A stretch of DNA of 64,000 nucleotides from an uncultured Acidobacteriota bacterium (GTDB taxonomy: Bacteria > Acidobacteriota > Thermoanaerobaculia > Gp7-AA8): positions 384,001 to 448,000 of the forward strand of contig CAWGHO010000003.1 of assembly GCA_963822445.1 (NCBI GenBank). The letters are read 5' to 3'. The notes under the pieces were generated by a model. It searched no databases. It was given only the letters and a program-made list of their open reading frames with translations, and was not told the DNA's origin. A program made the position numbers and the translations under genes. Shown here piece after piece: positions 28,448 through 37,963 of this stretch (positions are counted from its first letter, which is position 1; each line of letters opens with the position of its first letter).

Positions 28448-29098
28448 TTATTTGCTCTTACTTGCCCATCCACAGATTGGGCATCCGGCCGCTTCATGGC
28501 CGCGCGCCGGGCAGTGCTCACGGCCGAAATAGATGATCTGCAGGTGGCGCCGACTCCACTCGTCCCGCGGAAAAACCTTCTTCAGATCCGCCTCGGTCTG
28601 CTCGACGTTCTTGCCGCGGGACAGTCCCCAGCGCTCGGCCAGTCGATGGATGTGCGTGTCGACGGCGAACGCCGGCTCGCCGAAGGCCTGGCTCATGACC
28701 ACGCTCGCGGTTTTGTGGCCGACGCCGGGCAGCCGCTCCAGCGCTTCCATGTCGCGCGGTACTTCGCCGCCGTATTCGTCGACGAGCGTCTGCGCGAGCT
28801 TCTTGATGTTGCGCGCTTTCGTCGGGGAGAGTCCGCAACTGCGGATGGCCTCGAGGATTTTCTCTTCGCTCAGCCTGGCCATTTCCGGCGGTGTGCTGGC
28901 GAGTTTGAACAGCGCGGGCGTGACTCGGTTGACCTGCGCGTCGGTGGTTTGCGCGGAGAGAAGCACGGCGACGAGCAGCGTGAAGGGATCTCGATGGTCG
29001 AGGGGAATGGGCGGCGTGGGATAGAGCTCGTCGAGGATCTCGCCGATCTTCTTCGCCTTGTCCGCGCGCTTCAACGCGTGTCCTCGAGATCGCGCCAT
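28448..29098 (-). CDS. nth: Endonuclease III
   Basis: LLSAQTTD, HhH LPGVGHKTA, VDTHIHR, C-x6-8-CxxC Fe-S region. Confidence 0.93.
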   Translation of the reverse strand: MARSRGHALKRADKAKKIGEILDELYPTPPIPLDHRDPFTLLVAVLLSAQTTDAQVNRVTPALFKLASTPPEMARLSEEKILEAIRSCGLSPTKARNIKKLAQTLVDEYGGEVPRDMEALERLPGVGHKTASVVMSQAFGEPAFAVDTHIHRLAERWGLSRGKNVEQTEADLKKVFPRDEWSRRHLQIIYFGREHCPARGHEAAGCPICGWASKSK

Positions 29099-29583
29099 TG
29101 CGCGACGAAATCGGGGATGGCCGGCGACTCGAGGTCTTTGGCGACGAGGGCAACGACTTCACGCGGCGCGATGGTGCCGCTCGGGCCGCGGATGACCGCG
29201 CGCATGTGCCCGGCCGCGCAGAACACGCCTTCCTTTTCGACGATGTGCTCGAGGTAGAACCATTTCTCGTCCCAGCCGACGAGCCGCGAGCGGACGTCGA
29301 ATCGCTCGAAGGGCATGACCGAGCGGCGGAAGCGGATGATGCAGCCGCCCATGATCGGCCGCCAGCCGCGGCGGATGACTTTGTTGAAGAGTCGCATGCG
29401 GCCGAGGAGCTCCATGCGGGCGACGTCCATGAAGCTGATGAAACGGCCGGCGTTGAGATGAAGGTTGAGATCGCAGTCCTGGGGGAGAACGGTGAAGCGC
29501 ACGACCGATTCGTCGAGCGCGCCGATGCGCGAGCGGAAACGGCTCGCGAGCATGACCAGGAGGAAGCGGAAGAGGAGGAGCAC
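29071..29583 (-). CDS. Hot-dog fold thioesterase-like protein
   Basis: DCDLNLHLNAGRF...MD.AR and WDEKWFYLEH. Confidence 0.82.
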   Translation of the reverse strand: MLLLFRFLLVMLASRFRSRIGALDESVVRFTVLPQDCDLNLHLNAGRFISFMDVARMELLGRMRLFNKVIRRGWRPIMGGCIIRFRRSVMPFERFDVRSRLVGWDEKWFYLEHIVEKEGVFCAAGHMRAVIRGPSGTIAPREVVALVAKDLESPAIPDFVAQWRDLEDTR

Positions 29584-29593
29584 GGAGGTTCTC

Positions 29594-29707
29594 CAGTTTA
29601 TCCCGCGCGAAGACGCGGGATCTCTCCGTGCACGAACGATCCTCGTGTTTGGGCGGCAGCCGTCGCGGTGTAACCGGAGATCCCGCGTCTGCGCGCGGGA
29701 TAAACTG
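29594..29707. repeat. REPIN/MITE-like inverted doublet of REP-like hairpins (copy A)
   Basis: CAGTTT-ATCCCGCG-CGAAGA-CGCGGGAT-CTC ... GAG-ATCCCGCG-TCTGCG-CGCGGGAT-AAACTG. Confidence 0.92.
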
Positions 29708-29713
29708 AAGAAG

Positions 29714-29890
29714 ATGCACGACGACCCCCCACCGCGCGAGCTTCCGGAGCGAACCGGCAGGCATCTCTGTGTGAAGTGCCTCGCGCAGATTCCGGGCGAG
29801 GAGTACTTCCGGAACGATCACATCTGCGATGCGTGCGCGGCGAGCGATGAATATCCGCTGGCGTCCACGCCCGAAGAGAAGAAGAAGTGA
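29714..29890 (+). CDS. Small (58 aa) Cys4 zinc-ribbon-like protein
   Basis: CVKC-x14-CDAC; stop overlaps the GTG of the next gene (GTGA). Confidence 0.65.
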   Translation: MHDDPPPRELPERTGRHLCVKCLAQIPGEEYFRNDHICDACAASDEYPLASTPEEKKK

Positions 29891-30972
29891 CGCGGGTCGC
29901 GGTCGTTCATGACTGGCTCACCGGCATGCGCGGCGGGGAGGCGGTGCTGGAAGGCATCCTCGAGGTCGTGCCCGACGCTGAGCTCTTCACCCTCTTCCAC
30001 TTTCCCGGTTCCGTTTCGAAAGCGATCGAATCGCGGACCATTCACACATCGGAACTGCAGACCCTCGCCGGCCGCGTCGGCGACTATCGGCGGCTCCTGC
30101 CGTTCTTTCCGCGCGCCGCGCGCAAATGGGACTTCTCGCGATTCGATCTGATCATCTCCTCGAGCCATTGCGTCGCGAAAGGCGTCGACGCGAAGGGCAA
30201 GCCGCACCTCTGCTACTGCCACACGCCGATGCGGTACATCTGGGACCGGTTCGACGATTACTTTCCGCGCTCGCGGCCGTTGCAGCGCGCGGCGATGACG
30301 TCGATTGCGCCGTGGCTGCGGCGGTGGGATGTGTCGACCTCGAAGGAAGTCACGCAGTTCGTCGCGAACTCGAGCTTCGTGCGCGATCGCATCCGCCGCT
30401 ACTACGATCGTGACGCGGAGGTCATTCATCCGTTCGTCGCCGATGAATTTCTGAACGCGCCACTCGCCGACAGTCGCGATGACTATCACCTCGTCGTTTC
30501 CGCGCTGGTCCCGTACAAGCGCGTCGAACTGGCGATCGACGCCGCGGTGGCCAGCGGCAAGAAGCTGGTGATCATCGGCGGAGGTCCGCTGCTCGACAAA
30601 CTACGTCAGCGCGGCCGCACCAACGTCGAGCTGCTCGGGCCCGTACCAACGGCCGTGATCATCGAGCGGCTGGCGCGGGCGCGGAGCCTCATCCTGCCAG
30701 GGGTGGAGGACTTCGGCATCACTCCGCTCGAAGCCATGGCCCTCGGCACCCCCGTGGTCGCGCTCGGCGAAGGGGGCGTGCTCGACTCCGTGCCCCCCGG
30801 CCGCACAGGAATTTTCTTCGACCGGCCGGAGGTAGACTCGCTTCGCCGCGCTCTCGATGAAGTCGAGGCGCGTCAATGGGATCGGGCCGCATTGCGAGCG
30901 CACGCCGCGACGTTTTCGCGGGAGCGTTTCCGAGGCCGGATCAGCGGGGCGATTCAGAAACTGGTCGGATGA
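29887..30972 (+). CDS. Glycosyltransferase family 4 (WbaZ-like)
   Basis: HDWLTGMRGGE, CHTPMRYIWD, EDFGITPLEAMA. Confidence 0.92.
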   Translation: MTRVAVVHDWLTGMRGGEAVLEGILEVVPDAELFTLFHFPGSVSKAIESRTIHTSELQTLAGRVGDYRRLLPFFPRAARKWDFSRFDLIISSSHCVAKGVDAKGKPHLCYCHTPMRYIWDRFDDYFPRSRPLQRAAMTSIAPWLRRWDVSTSKEVTQFVANSSFVRDRIRRYYDRDAEVIHPFVADEFLNAPLADSRDDYHLVVSALVPYKRVELAIDAAVASGKKLVIIGGGPLLDKLRQRGRTNVELLGPVPTAVIIERLARARSLILPGVEDFGITPLEAMALGTPVVALGEGGVLDSVPPGRTGIFFDRPEVDSLRRALDEVEARQWDRAALRAHAATFSRERFRGRISGAIQKLVG

Positions 30973-32378
30973 TCGAGAAAAAACACAGAGCACTCGCGTC
31001 GGTCTACCTGATCAACGACGCCGTGGCGTCGAACCTGGCCATGCTCTGCGCCTGGTTCCTCCGCTTCCAGTTCGAGGTCATCCCGGTCACCAAGGGGCAG
31101 CAGGAGCTGACCACGTACCTGAAGATGCTGCCGATCGTGACGCTGGTGTTCCCGCTCGCGTTCGCTGTGCAGGGCCTTTATCGCATTCGTCCGACGCGGG
31201 GGAAGACCGAGGAGTCGCTGGCGGTGGCGATCGGGTCGGTGGTGGCCACGATCATCCTGTCCGGCGTTTTGCTGTGGGTCCGGCCGGGGCCGCGCGACGT
31301 GCTGTACTCACGCGCGACGCTGGGCCTCTTCCTGATCTGCGCGATGGTGTTGACCATCCTCGGCCGCACGCTGGTGCGGTTCATCGTCGAGCGCCGTCAT
31401 CGCGCTGGGAAAGACCTCGATCGCGTGCTCATCGCGGGCAACGGCGATCTCGCCCGGGCGGTGCTGGAGCGGATGAAGGAACATCGCGATCAGCTCGGCT
31501 TCCGGATGGTCGGATATCTGCGCAATGGCGATGAGGCGACGCTGCCCGGACTGGAATGCCTGGGGACGGTCGGCGAAGCGGAGGCGGTGGTGAAGGCGCA
31601 CGAGATCGACCATGTGTTCGTCGCCCTGCCGCATGCGTCGTCCGAAGCGATGATGGCGTTGCTCGATCGTCTGACGCGGACTGCCGTGTCGATTCACGTC
31701 GTGCCCGATCTGCTGCAATTCATGGTCTTGCGCTCGCGCGTCGAGGATCTCGATGGCTTGCCGACCATCAATCTGTCCGAGACGCCGCTCGAGGGCTGGA
31801 GCCGTTTCGTGAAGCGCGCGTTCGATCTCGCTCTGGCCGCCGCGGCGCTGATCATCCTGTCGCCGGTGATGCTGGCCGTCGCGATTGCCATCTGGCTGGA
31901 AGACCGCGGGCCGGTGCTCTATCGCCAGATCCGCATGGGTCTCGATGGCAAGCCGTTCCCGATGGTGAAGTTCCGCTCGATGCGCGTCGGCGCGGAGAGC
32001 CAGACCGGGGCGGTCTGGGCGGAAAAGGACGATCCTCGGCGCACGCGCGTGGGTGGTTTCATCCGGGCGTGGTCTCTGGACGAGCTGCCCCAGCTCTGGA
32101 ACGTATTGGTCGGCGACATGAGCGTGATCGGCCCGCGGCCGGAGCGTCCGGAGTTCGTCGAGCAGTTCCGGGCGGAGTTCCCACACTACATGCTCCGCCA
32201 CAAAGTCCGCGCCGGCATGACCGGCTGGGCCCAGGTGCATGGCTGGCGCGGCAACACCTCGATCCGCATGCGCATCGAGCACGACCTGTACTACATCGAG
32301 AACTGGTCGCTGCTGCTGGATGTGAAGATCCTGTTCATGACGCTCGTGCATGGGTTGCGGCATGAGAATGCGTACTGA
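30969..32378 (+). CDS. wcaJ: Undecaprenyl-phosphate sugar phosphotransferase (WcaJ-like)
   Basis: N-terminal TMs, KRAFD, KFRSM, DDPRRT, SLDELPQLWNVL.GDMS.IGPRPE, GMTGWAQV. Confidence 0.9.
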   Translation: MIEKKHRALASVYLINDAVASNLAMLCAWFLRFQFEVIPVTKGQQELTTYLKMLPIVTLVFPLAFAVQGLYRIRPTRGKTEESLAVAIGSVVATIILSGVLLWVRPGPRDVLYSRATLGLFLICAMVLTILGRTLVRFIVERRHRAGKDLDRVLIAGNGDLARAVLERMKEHRDQLGFRMVGYLRNGDEATLPGLECLGTVGEAEAVVKAHEIDHVFVALPHASSEAMMALLDRLTRTAVSIHVVPDLLQFMVLRSRVEDLDGLPTINLSETPLEGWSRFVKRAFDLALAAAALIILSPVMLAVAIAIWLEDRGPVLYRQIRMGLDGKPFPMVKFRSMRVGAESQTGAVWAEKDDPRRTRVGGFIRAWSLDELPQLWNVLVGDMSVIGPRPERPEFVEQFRAEFPHYMLRHKVRAGMTGWAQVHGWRGNTSIRMRIEHDLYYIENWSLLLDVKILFMTLVHGLRHENAY

Positions 32379-32424
32379 TTCTTCGTGGTGTAGAAGAGTT
32401 GACACGCCGAGGTAGGATTGGTTC

Positions 32425-32661
32425 ATGGCAGACGACGTGATTCTTGGCGCACTCCTAAAACTGCAGCGTGAGGTGCTCCGGCGCTTCGATGCGGTGGACC
32501 AGCGGTTCGATGCCCTGGAACAGCGATTCGATACCGAGCACGACTTCGTCACCGGCAATTTCGACGCGATCTACCATCGCTTTGATCGACTCGAGGACGA
32601 GTACCAAGCACTGCGTTCCGCAGTAAAACGCATCGAAGACGGCCAACAGCCGCCGATGTGA
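32425..32661 (+). CDS. Small coiled-coil hypothetical protein
   Basis: Heptads RFDAVDQ RFDALEQ RFD; TAGGAT 6 nt upstream of the ATG. Confidence 0.65.
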   Translation: MADDVILGALLKLQREVLRRFDAVDQRFDALEQRFDTEHDFVTGNFDAIYHRFDRLEDEYQALRSAVKRIEDGQQPPM

Positions 32662-32718
32662 GCGGCCGCGTTCACGGGGATCTTCGTCGGAATTGACTCA
32701 CCGAGGTAGGATCGGCGC

Positions 32719-32904
32719 ATGGCGACTGAGACTGATGAACTGGCCGTCCTTCGAGTCGACATCCTTGACCGCCTGGAGATGATCTCGAGAACACTCATTC
32801 GAATCGAGGCGGAGTCTCTGAAAATCAAGTCGTCCATCGGTCGGATCGAGAACCGAGTGGCGACTCTCGTCGAGACTCAAGCCAAGCGCGACGGTTCCCC
32901 CTGA
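32719..32904 (+). CDS. Small coiled-coil hypothetical protein
   Basis: Amphipathic heptad pattern; upstream 31 nt are 26/31 identical to those of the previous gene. Confidence 0.55.
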   Translation: MATETDELAVLRVDILDRLEMISRTLIRIEAESLKIKSSIGRIENRVATLVETQAKRDGSP

Positions 32905-32993
32905 GCCTTTGCGCCTTCCGTGCGCCACATCACCCGCCCCTGTGCTCCGCCCGCGCAAAACACGACACGCGCCCGTACTAGAATCCGCCCCCC

Positions 32994-34283
32994 ATGGGTA
33001 AGCAATCGGATGCTCTCTTTCAACGTGCTCAGGAAGTAATCCCCGGCGGCGTCAACTCGCCCGTTCGGGCGTTTCGTGGTGTGGGCGGCACGCCGCCTTT
33101 CATCGAGATGGCGCAAGGGGCGCGCATCTTCGACGCGGACAACCTTCAATACATCGACTGTGTCGGTTCCTGGGGACCGATGATCCTTGGCCACTGCCAT
33201 CGCTACGTCGTCGAAGCCGTGAAGAAGGCGGCTACGCGCGGGTTCTCCTTCGGCGCGCCGACGGCGGGGGAGATCGAGCTCGCGGAGATGGTCATTCAGG
33301 CCGTGCCTTCGATGGAAATGGTGCGGCTGGTCAGCTCCGGTACCGAAGCGACGATGAGCGCGCTGCGGCTCGCGCGCGCGGCCACGGGACGCAAGAAAGT
33401 CCTCAAGTTCGAAGGCGGCTATCACGGTCATGTCGACTCGCTCCTGGTCAAAGCCGGATCGGGCGGCGCGACGTTCAACGTTCCCGACTCCGCCGGTGTC
33501 CCGGAAGAACTCACCAACCTGACGCTCATCGCCCGCTACAACGACATCGAGGACGTCCGCGCGAAGATGAGCAACGAAGTCGCGGCGATCATCGTCGAGC
33601 CGGTCGCGGGCAACATGGGCTGCATTCCGCCCGAGCCCGGATTCCTGAAAGGTCTGCGCGACGTCTGCGATCAGCACGGCGCGCTGCTGATCCTCGACGA
33701 AGTCATGACCGGATTCCGTGTCGCGTACGGCGGCGCGCAGGAGCGCTACGCGATCCGCCCCGACATCACCACCCTCGGCAAGATCATCGGCGGCGGCATG
33801 CCCATCGGCGCGTACGGAGCCTCGCGCAAATTGATGGAGCTGGTCTCGCCGCTCGGTCCGATGTACCAGGCCGGCACGCTCTCCGGAAATCCTGTCGCCG
33901 TGGCGGCCGGCCGCGCAACCTTGAGCGTCCTGAAGAACTCCGCGATCTACGACGATCTCGAAGAGCGCGGCGCGGAGTTCGAAGACGGCGTGCGCAAGGC
34001 CGCCGACAAGCACAACGTGCCGATCACCTTCAATCGCGTCGGCTCGATGTGGACGCTCTTCTTCACCGAGGGGCCGGTCATCGACTTCGACACGGCGAAT
34101 ACGTCGAATCGCGAGAAATTCGCGCGGTTCTTCCACCTCATGCTCGCTGAAGGTGTGTACCTGCCGCCGTCGCAACTCGAGGCCGCGTTCTTCTCAGCGG
34201 CCCATGCAAAGAAAGACATCGGGCAGATGGTCGAGCGCGTCGACCGCGTATTGAAGAAGGTGGCCTGGGAGTTCGGGACCTGA
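32994..34283 (+). CDS. hemL: Glutamate-1-semialdehyde 2,1-aminomutase
   Basis: PGGVNSPVRAF, SGTEATMSA, GYHGH.D, DEVMTGFR, GKIIGGGMP, YQAGTLSGNP. Confidence 0.97.
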   Translation: MGKQSDALFQRAQEVIPGGVNSPVRAFRGVGGTPPFIEMAQGARIFDADNLQYIDCVGSWGPMILGHCHRYVVEAVKKAATRGFSFGAPTAGEIELAEMVIQAVPSMEMVRLVSSGTEATMSALRLARAATGRKKVLKFEGGYHGHVDSLLVKAGSGGATFNVPDSAGVPEELTNLTLIARYNDIEDVRAKMSNEVAAIIVEPVAGNMGCIPPEPGFLKGLRDVCDQHGALLILDEVMTGFRVAYGGAQERYAIRPDITTLGKIIGGGMPIGAYGASRKLMELVSPLGPMYQAGTLSGNPVAVAAGRATLSVLKNSAIYDDLEERGAEFEDGVRKAADKHNVPITFNRVGSMWTLFFTEGPVIDFDTANTSNREKFARFFHLMLAEGVYLPPSQLEAAFFSAAHAKKDIGQMVERVDRVLKKVAWEFGT

Positions 34284-36878
34284 TTACTGCAGCGGTGCCG
34301 AGTCGTACTGGAACAGCGAGATGTAGTCGCTGGGGTCGGGCACGGTGTTCATCAGCAGCCCCTTCTTCGTCACGGCGGCGATGCCGTAGTTGCGCGAGGG
34401 TGGCGTGAACAGCGAGATCGGTTTCCCGGGGACGACCCGGTCGCCGTCGTAGTTCAAGGGGATGCTCGCCCGGTCGTTCTGAAGCGTGCGGACGAGTAGC
34501 TCGGAGCCGTCGAGGCCCCATACGAACCCGACCAGACCTTCTGTCGTGATCTGCGTCGTCCGGCCTCCGTCGACGCGCCGCATGTAGAGCTCATCGCGCC
34601 CGGAACGATCAGACATGTAGACGATCCACCGCCCATCCGGCGAGAAGTCCGCTCCAGTCTCCATGGCCTCGGTGGCGACGAGCGGGCGCCGCTTATCTGG
34701 CGCATCGACCGGGACCAGCATGATGTCGCCCTGGTTTTCATCTGTGAATTCACCGGCCAGCAGCGTGTCGCCCGCGGGAGAGATGTCGTACAACGCCTTG
34801 TCCCTGGTGCTTTTCCAGATCGGGACGGCGGGAGTCGCGCCGTCTTCGGCCTGGGCAAAGATGTCGTACGGACCGTCTCGATCGGAGACGAAGTAGATCC
34901 GGTCGCCGGTGGGGCTCCAGACCGGATCGACGTTGTTGGAAAGACCGGACGTGACGCGGGTGCGGATCCCGCGGGCCAGGTCGACGACGTAGATGTCGTT
35001 CGCGCCCTTGACCGGATCGAACTTCTCGGCCGCCACGCGGGTCTCGTCAGCGGAAAGCACTCGCATGAACGAATCGGCGTCTTCGAGGATCTTTTCCAGG
35101 CGGCGGGCATTGCGGTCATACCAGCCCCACTCGACGGTACGGTCGCTCACCGGACGGTAGAGGACCGCCCCGGTAGCGGCCACGGACGCATCGGAGTTCG
35201 CCTCGGGCTCGTAGAAATAGACACGCTCGACGACCCTGCGAGGCTGTCCCAGCAGACGGAGGTCGTCTTCGTCGAGCTCCTGCGCGTACATCGCTCCGTC
35301 GCGCACGAAGTAGACATGTCCCTGCGCCAGTCCGACCAGGCTGTCGGCGCGCATGACCATCTTCTTCAGTTTTCCGTCGATCGATCCGGCCCAGATCTCG
35401 TTCTTCTGCGAAGCGATCGTGTGAATGACGTAGAGAAAGCGTTTGCCGTCGGAGAGGAACCGAGGCATCGCATGGAACGACTCGCGCTTCTTTTGATCGA
35501 TGGTGGTGACGACGGTGGTGTCGCCGCCCGCGATCGGCAGTGCATGGAGCCCGTCGCCGATGTTCCGGCTGTAGACGAGCGTGCCGTTCGGGCTCCAGGC
35601 TCCGTGCACGACACGGAAGTTGCGCTGGATGACCTCCGGCGGTCCACCGTCGACGGCGATTTTGTTGAGCTGGCGGCCGGCCTGGCTGCGGCTGGTGTAG
35701 GCGATCCACTTCGAGTCGGGCGACCAGGCCACGAGGTAGTCCTCGCGGCTCGTGGTGAGGCGCCTGGCCTCGAAGGCATCGGTGGGCCGGATCCAGATTC
35801 CCCCTTCGTCCTTCGAATTGTTCGCCAGAAACGCGATCTTGCTGCCGTCGGGTGAAAGGACGCCGCCGTTGAAGGAGAACCCCTTGGGCGGCACCAGCGA
35901 GAAAGCTACACGTGGTCTCGGCGCATTTCGCGCGCGCCACAACATGGCCGTGACGCCGGCGAGTGCGAGCGCAAGGATGATTGCGGCGGCCGTGGCGAAC
36001 TTCGCGGCGCGACCGGTCGCCACTTTCTGATCGGGCGGCGTCGTCGCGATCCACTTCAGTTCCTCGGCCACGTCATGCGCGCTCTGCCAGCGATCATCGC
36101 GGTCTTTCTCGAGGCATTTCTGGATGACGTGATCGAGCGCCGCCGGCGTCAGCGGGATGAGCTGGGAGATCGGCTTGGGCTGCGCGGCGACGATCGCGGC
36201 GATCAGCGACGTTCTGGTCTTGCCGTCGAAGGCCCGCTTGCCGGTAGCCATCTCGTAGAGCACCGCGCCGAGGGCGAAGATGTCGGTGCGGGCGTCGGCT
36301 TCTTCGGCTTCGAGTTGCTCCGGAGCCATGTACTGGAACGTGCCGAGGATCGTGCCTTCCTGGGTGAGAGTCTTGTCGTGTCTTTGCGTCTCGCCGTCGG
36401 GTGACACCTGCGCCGTGGCCGTCTTGGCAAGTCCGAAGTCGAGCAGCTTGGCGCCGGCCTTGGTGATCATCACGTTGGCCGGTTTGAGATCGCGATGGAC
36501 GATGCCGGCGCGGTGCGCGCGATCGAGCGCGTCCGCGATCTGCGCGCCGTACTTGAGGACGTCGGGCAGCGGCAACGGCCCTTTGTTCAGACGGTCGGCG
36601 AGCGTTTCGCCTTCCATCAGCTCCATCACCAGGTAGCCGTCGCCGACGTCGTACAGCGTGCAGATGTTCGGATGATTGAGCTGGGAGATGGCCTTGGCTT
36701 CCCGCTCGAAGCGCACCTTCAACTGCGAGTTGCGCGCGAACTCCTCGGGCAGGACTTTGATGGCCACGCTGCGATCGAGGCGGGTGTCTTTCGCGCGGAA
36801 GACTTCGCCCATCCCGCCGGCGCCGATGCGGGAGACGATCTCGTAGGGGCCAAGGCGGCTGCCGGGAGTCACATCCAT
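34284..36878 (-). CDS. Hanks-type Ser/Thr kinase with TM and TolB-like (PD40) beta-propellers
   Basis: GAGGMGEV, VAIK, HRDLKPAN, DFGLAK, YMAPE; TM; repeated WSPDG. Confidence 0.93.
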   Translation of the reverse strand: MDVTPGSRLGPYEIVSRIGAGGMGEVFRAKDTRLDRSVAIKVLPEEFARNSQLKVRFEREAKAISQLNHPNICTLYDVGDGYLVMELMEGETLADRLNKGPLPLPDVLKYGAQIADALDRAHRAGIVHRDLKPANVMITKAGAKLLDFGLAKTATAQVSPDGETQRHDKTLTQEGTILGTFQYMAPEQLEAEEADARTDIFALGAVLYEMATGKRAFDGKTRTSLIAAIVAAQPKPISQLIPLTPAALDHVIQKCLEKDRDDRWQSAHDVAEELKWIATTPPDQKVATGRAAKFATAAAIILALALAGVTAMLWRARNAPRPRVAFSLVPPKGFSFNGGVLSPDGSKIAFLANNSKDEGGIWIRPTDAFEARRLTTSREDYLVAWSPDSKWIAYTSRSQAGRQLNKIAVDGGPPEVIQRNFRVVHGAWSPNGTLVYSRNIGDGLHALPIAGGDTTVVTTIDQKKRESFHAMPRFLSDGKRFLYVIHTIASQKNEIWAGSIDGKLKKMVMRADSLVGLAQGHVYFVRDGAMYAQELDEDDLRLLGQPRRVVERVYFYEPEANSDASVAATGAVLYRPVSDRTVEWGWYDRNARRLEKILEDADSFMRVLSADETRVAAEKFDPVKGANDIYVVDLARGIRTRVTSGLSNNVDPVWSPTGDRIYFVSDRDGPYDIFAQAEDGATPAVPIWKSTRDKALYDISPAGDTLLAGEFTDENQGDIMLVPVDAPDKRRPLVATEAMETGADFSPDGRWIVYMSDRSGRDELYMRRVDGGRTTQITTEGLVGFVWGLDGSELLVRTLQNDRASIPLNYDGDRVVPGKPISLFTPPSRNYGIAAVTKKGLLMNTVPDPSDYISLFQYDSAPLQ

Positions 36879-36894
36879 GCGGTGGAGGCCGCCA

Positions 36895-37833
36895 TTATGC
36901 CTCGGTGCGCTCGCGAACCGACAGCCAGCTCCCGAACCATCCCGCGAGCATCCCGCCGCCGATCAGCGCCGCGACTTTCTGCCACGGAAGGAATCCGCGG
37001 AACAGAAAGCCCCAGACGATCGACGTCGACGGATCGAGCATCCGCCGCGACATCTCGAACAAGGCGAAGAGGAGAACGACGGAGAGGACGCCGCCAAGCG
37101 TTCCCTGGATAAATCCCTCGATCAGAAACGGGCCGCGGATGATCCGTTCCGTCGCGCCGACGAGGCGCATGATCTCGATCTCCTCGCGATAGAGCATCAT
37201 CGTCAGACGGATCACGTTGGCGATCGTGAACGCGGCCGCGACGGCGAGCACGCCGCCGGCTACGAGTCCGATCACGTTGATGAGATGGACGAGGCGGCGC
37301 AGGCGCTCGATCCACTCCCAGTCGTACTGCACCTGATCAACGCCGGGCATCGCTTTGACGATGCCCATCTGCTGTGCGAAGACCGCGGAACGGGCCAAGG
37401 TGGGTGTGATGTCGACTTCGAAGGATGGCGGGAAGGGATTCTCCTCGAGCTGGCTGATGACTTCCGCGAGATTCGCGAAGTAGCTCTTGAAGCGCGCCAG
37501 GGCCTGGTCGCGCGTGACGAAACGGCGTCCGGCGAGTTCGCGCTGCGAGGCGAGGTAGCTATCGACGGCGCGGATCTGTGCCTCATTCGCCGCGGAATCG
37601 AAATAGATGATGACGCGCGACTTGCCCTGCCATTCCTCGGCGGCGCGGCCGAGGTTTTCGGCGATGAGGAGAAAGCAGCCGACGAGCAGCAGGGAGATGG
37701 CGATCATCGTCACGGCCACGAAGCTGGTGCGCTTCGAGACCCAGATGCGGCGCAGGGCTTCGCGGAAGAAGTAGGAAAAGGTGTTGGAGGGGATATCCGG
37801 TTCGCGACGGCCTGGGATGAAGTCTTTCGGCAT
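36895..37833 (-). CDS. ftsX: Cell division permease FtsX
   Basis: Four TM segments, ENPFPPSF, EIEIMRLVGAT..IRGPFLIEG; downstream of ftsE. Confidence 0.92.
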   Translation of the reverse strand: MPKDFIPGRREPDIPSNTFSYFFREALRRIWVSKRTSFVAVTMIAISLLLVGCFLLIAENLGRAAEEWQGKSRVIIYFDSAANEAQIRAVDSYLASQRELAGRRFVTRDQALARFKSYFANLAEVISQLEENPFPPSFEVDITPTLARSAVFAQQMGIVKAMPGVDQVQYDWEWIERLRRLVHLINVIGLVAGGVLAVAAAFTIANVIRLTMMLYREEIEIMRLVGATERIIRGPFLIEGFIQGTLGGVLSVVLLFALFEMSRRMLDPSTSIVWGFLFRGFLPWQKVAALIGGGMLAGWFGSWLSVRERTEA

Positions 37834-37843
37834 CGGGGCTTTT

Positions 37844-37957
37844 CAGTTTATCCCGCGCGAAGACGCGGGATCTCTCCGTGCACGAACGAGGATCGCGCGT
37901 GGCTTCGGTCGTCTCGGTGTAGCGGGGAGATCCCGCGTCTGCGCGCGGGATAAAATC
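37844..37957. repeat. REPIN/MITE-like inverted doublet (copy B), between ftsE and ftsX
   Basis: First 46 nt and a 29-nt right arm are identical to copy A, with the same arm spacing; the central 36 nt have diverged. Confidence 0.92.
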
Positions 37958-37963
37958 AAAGGC

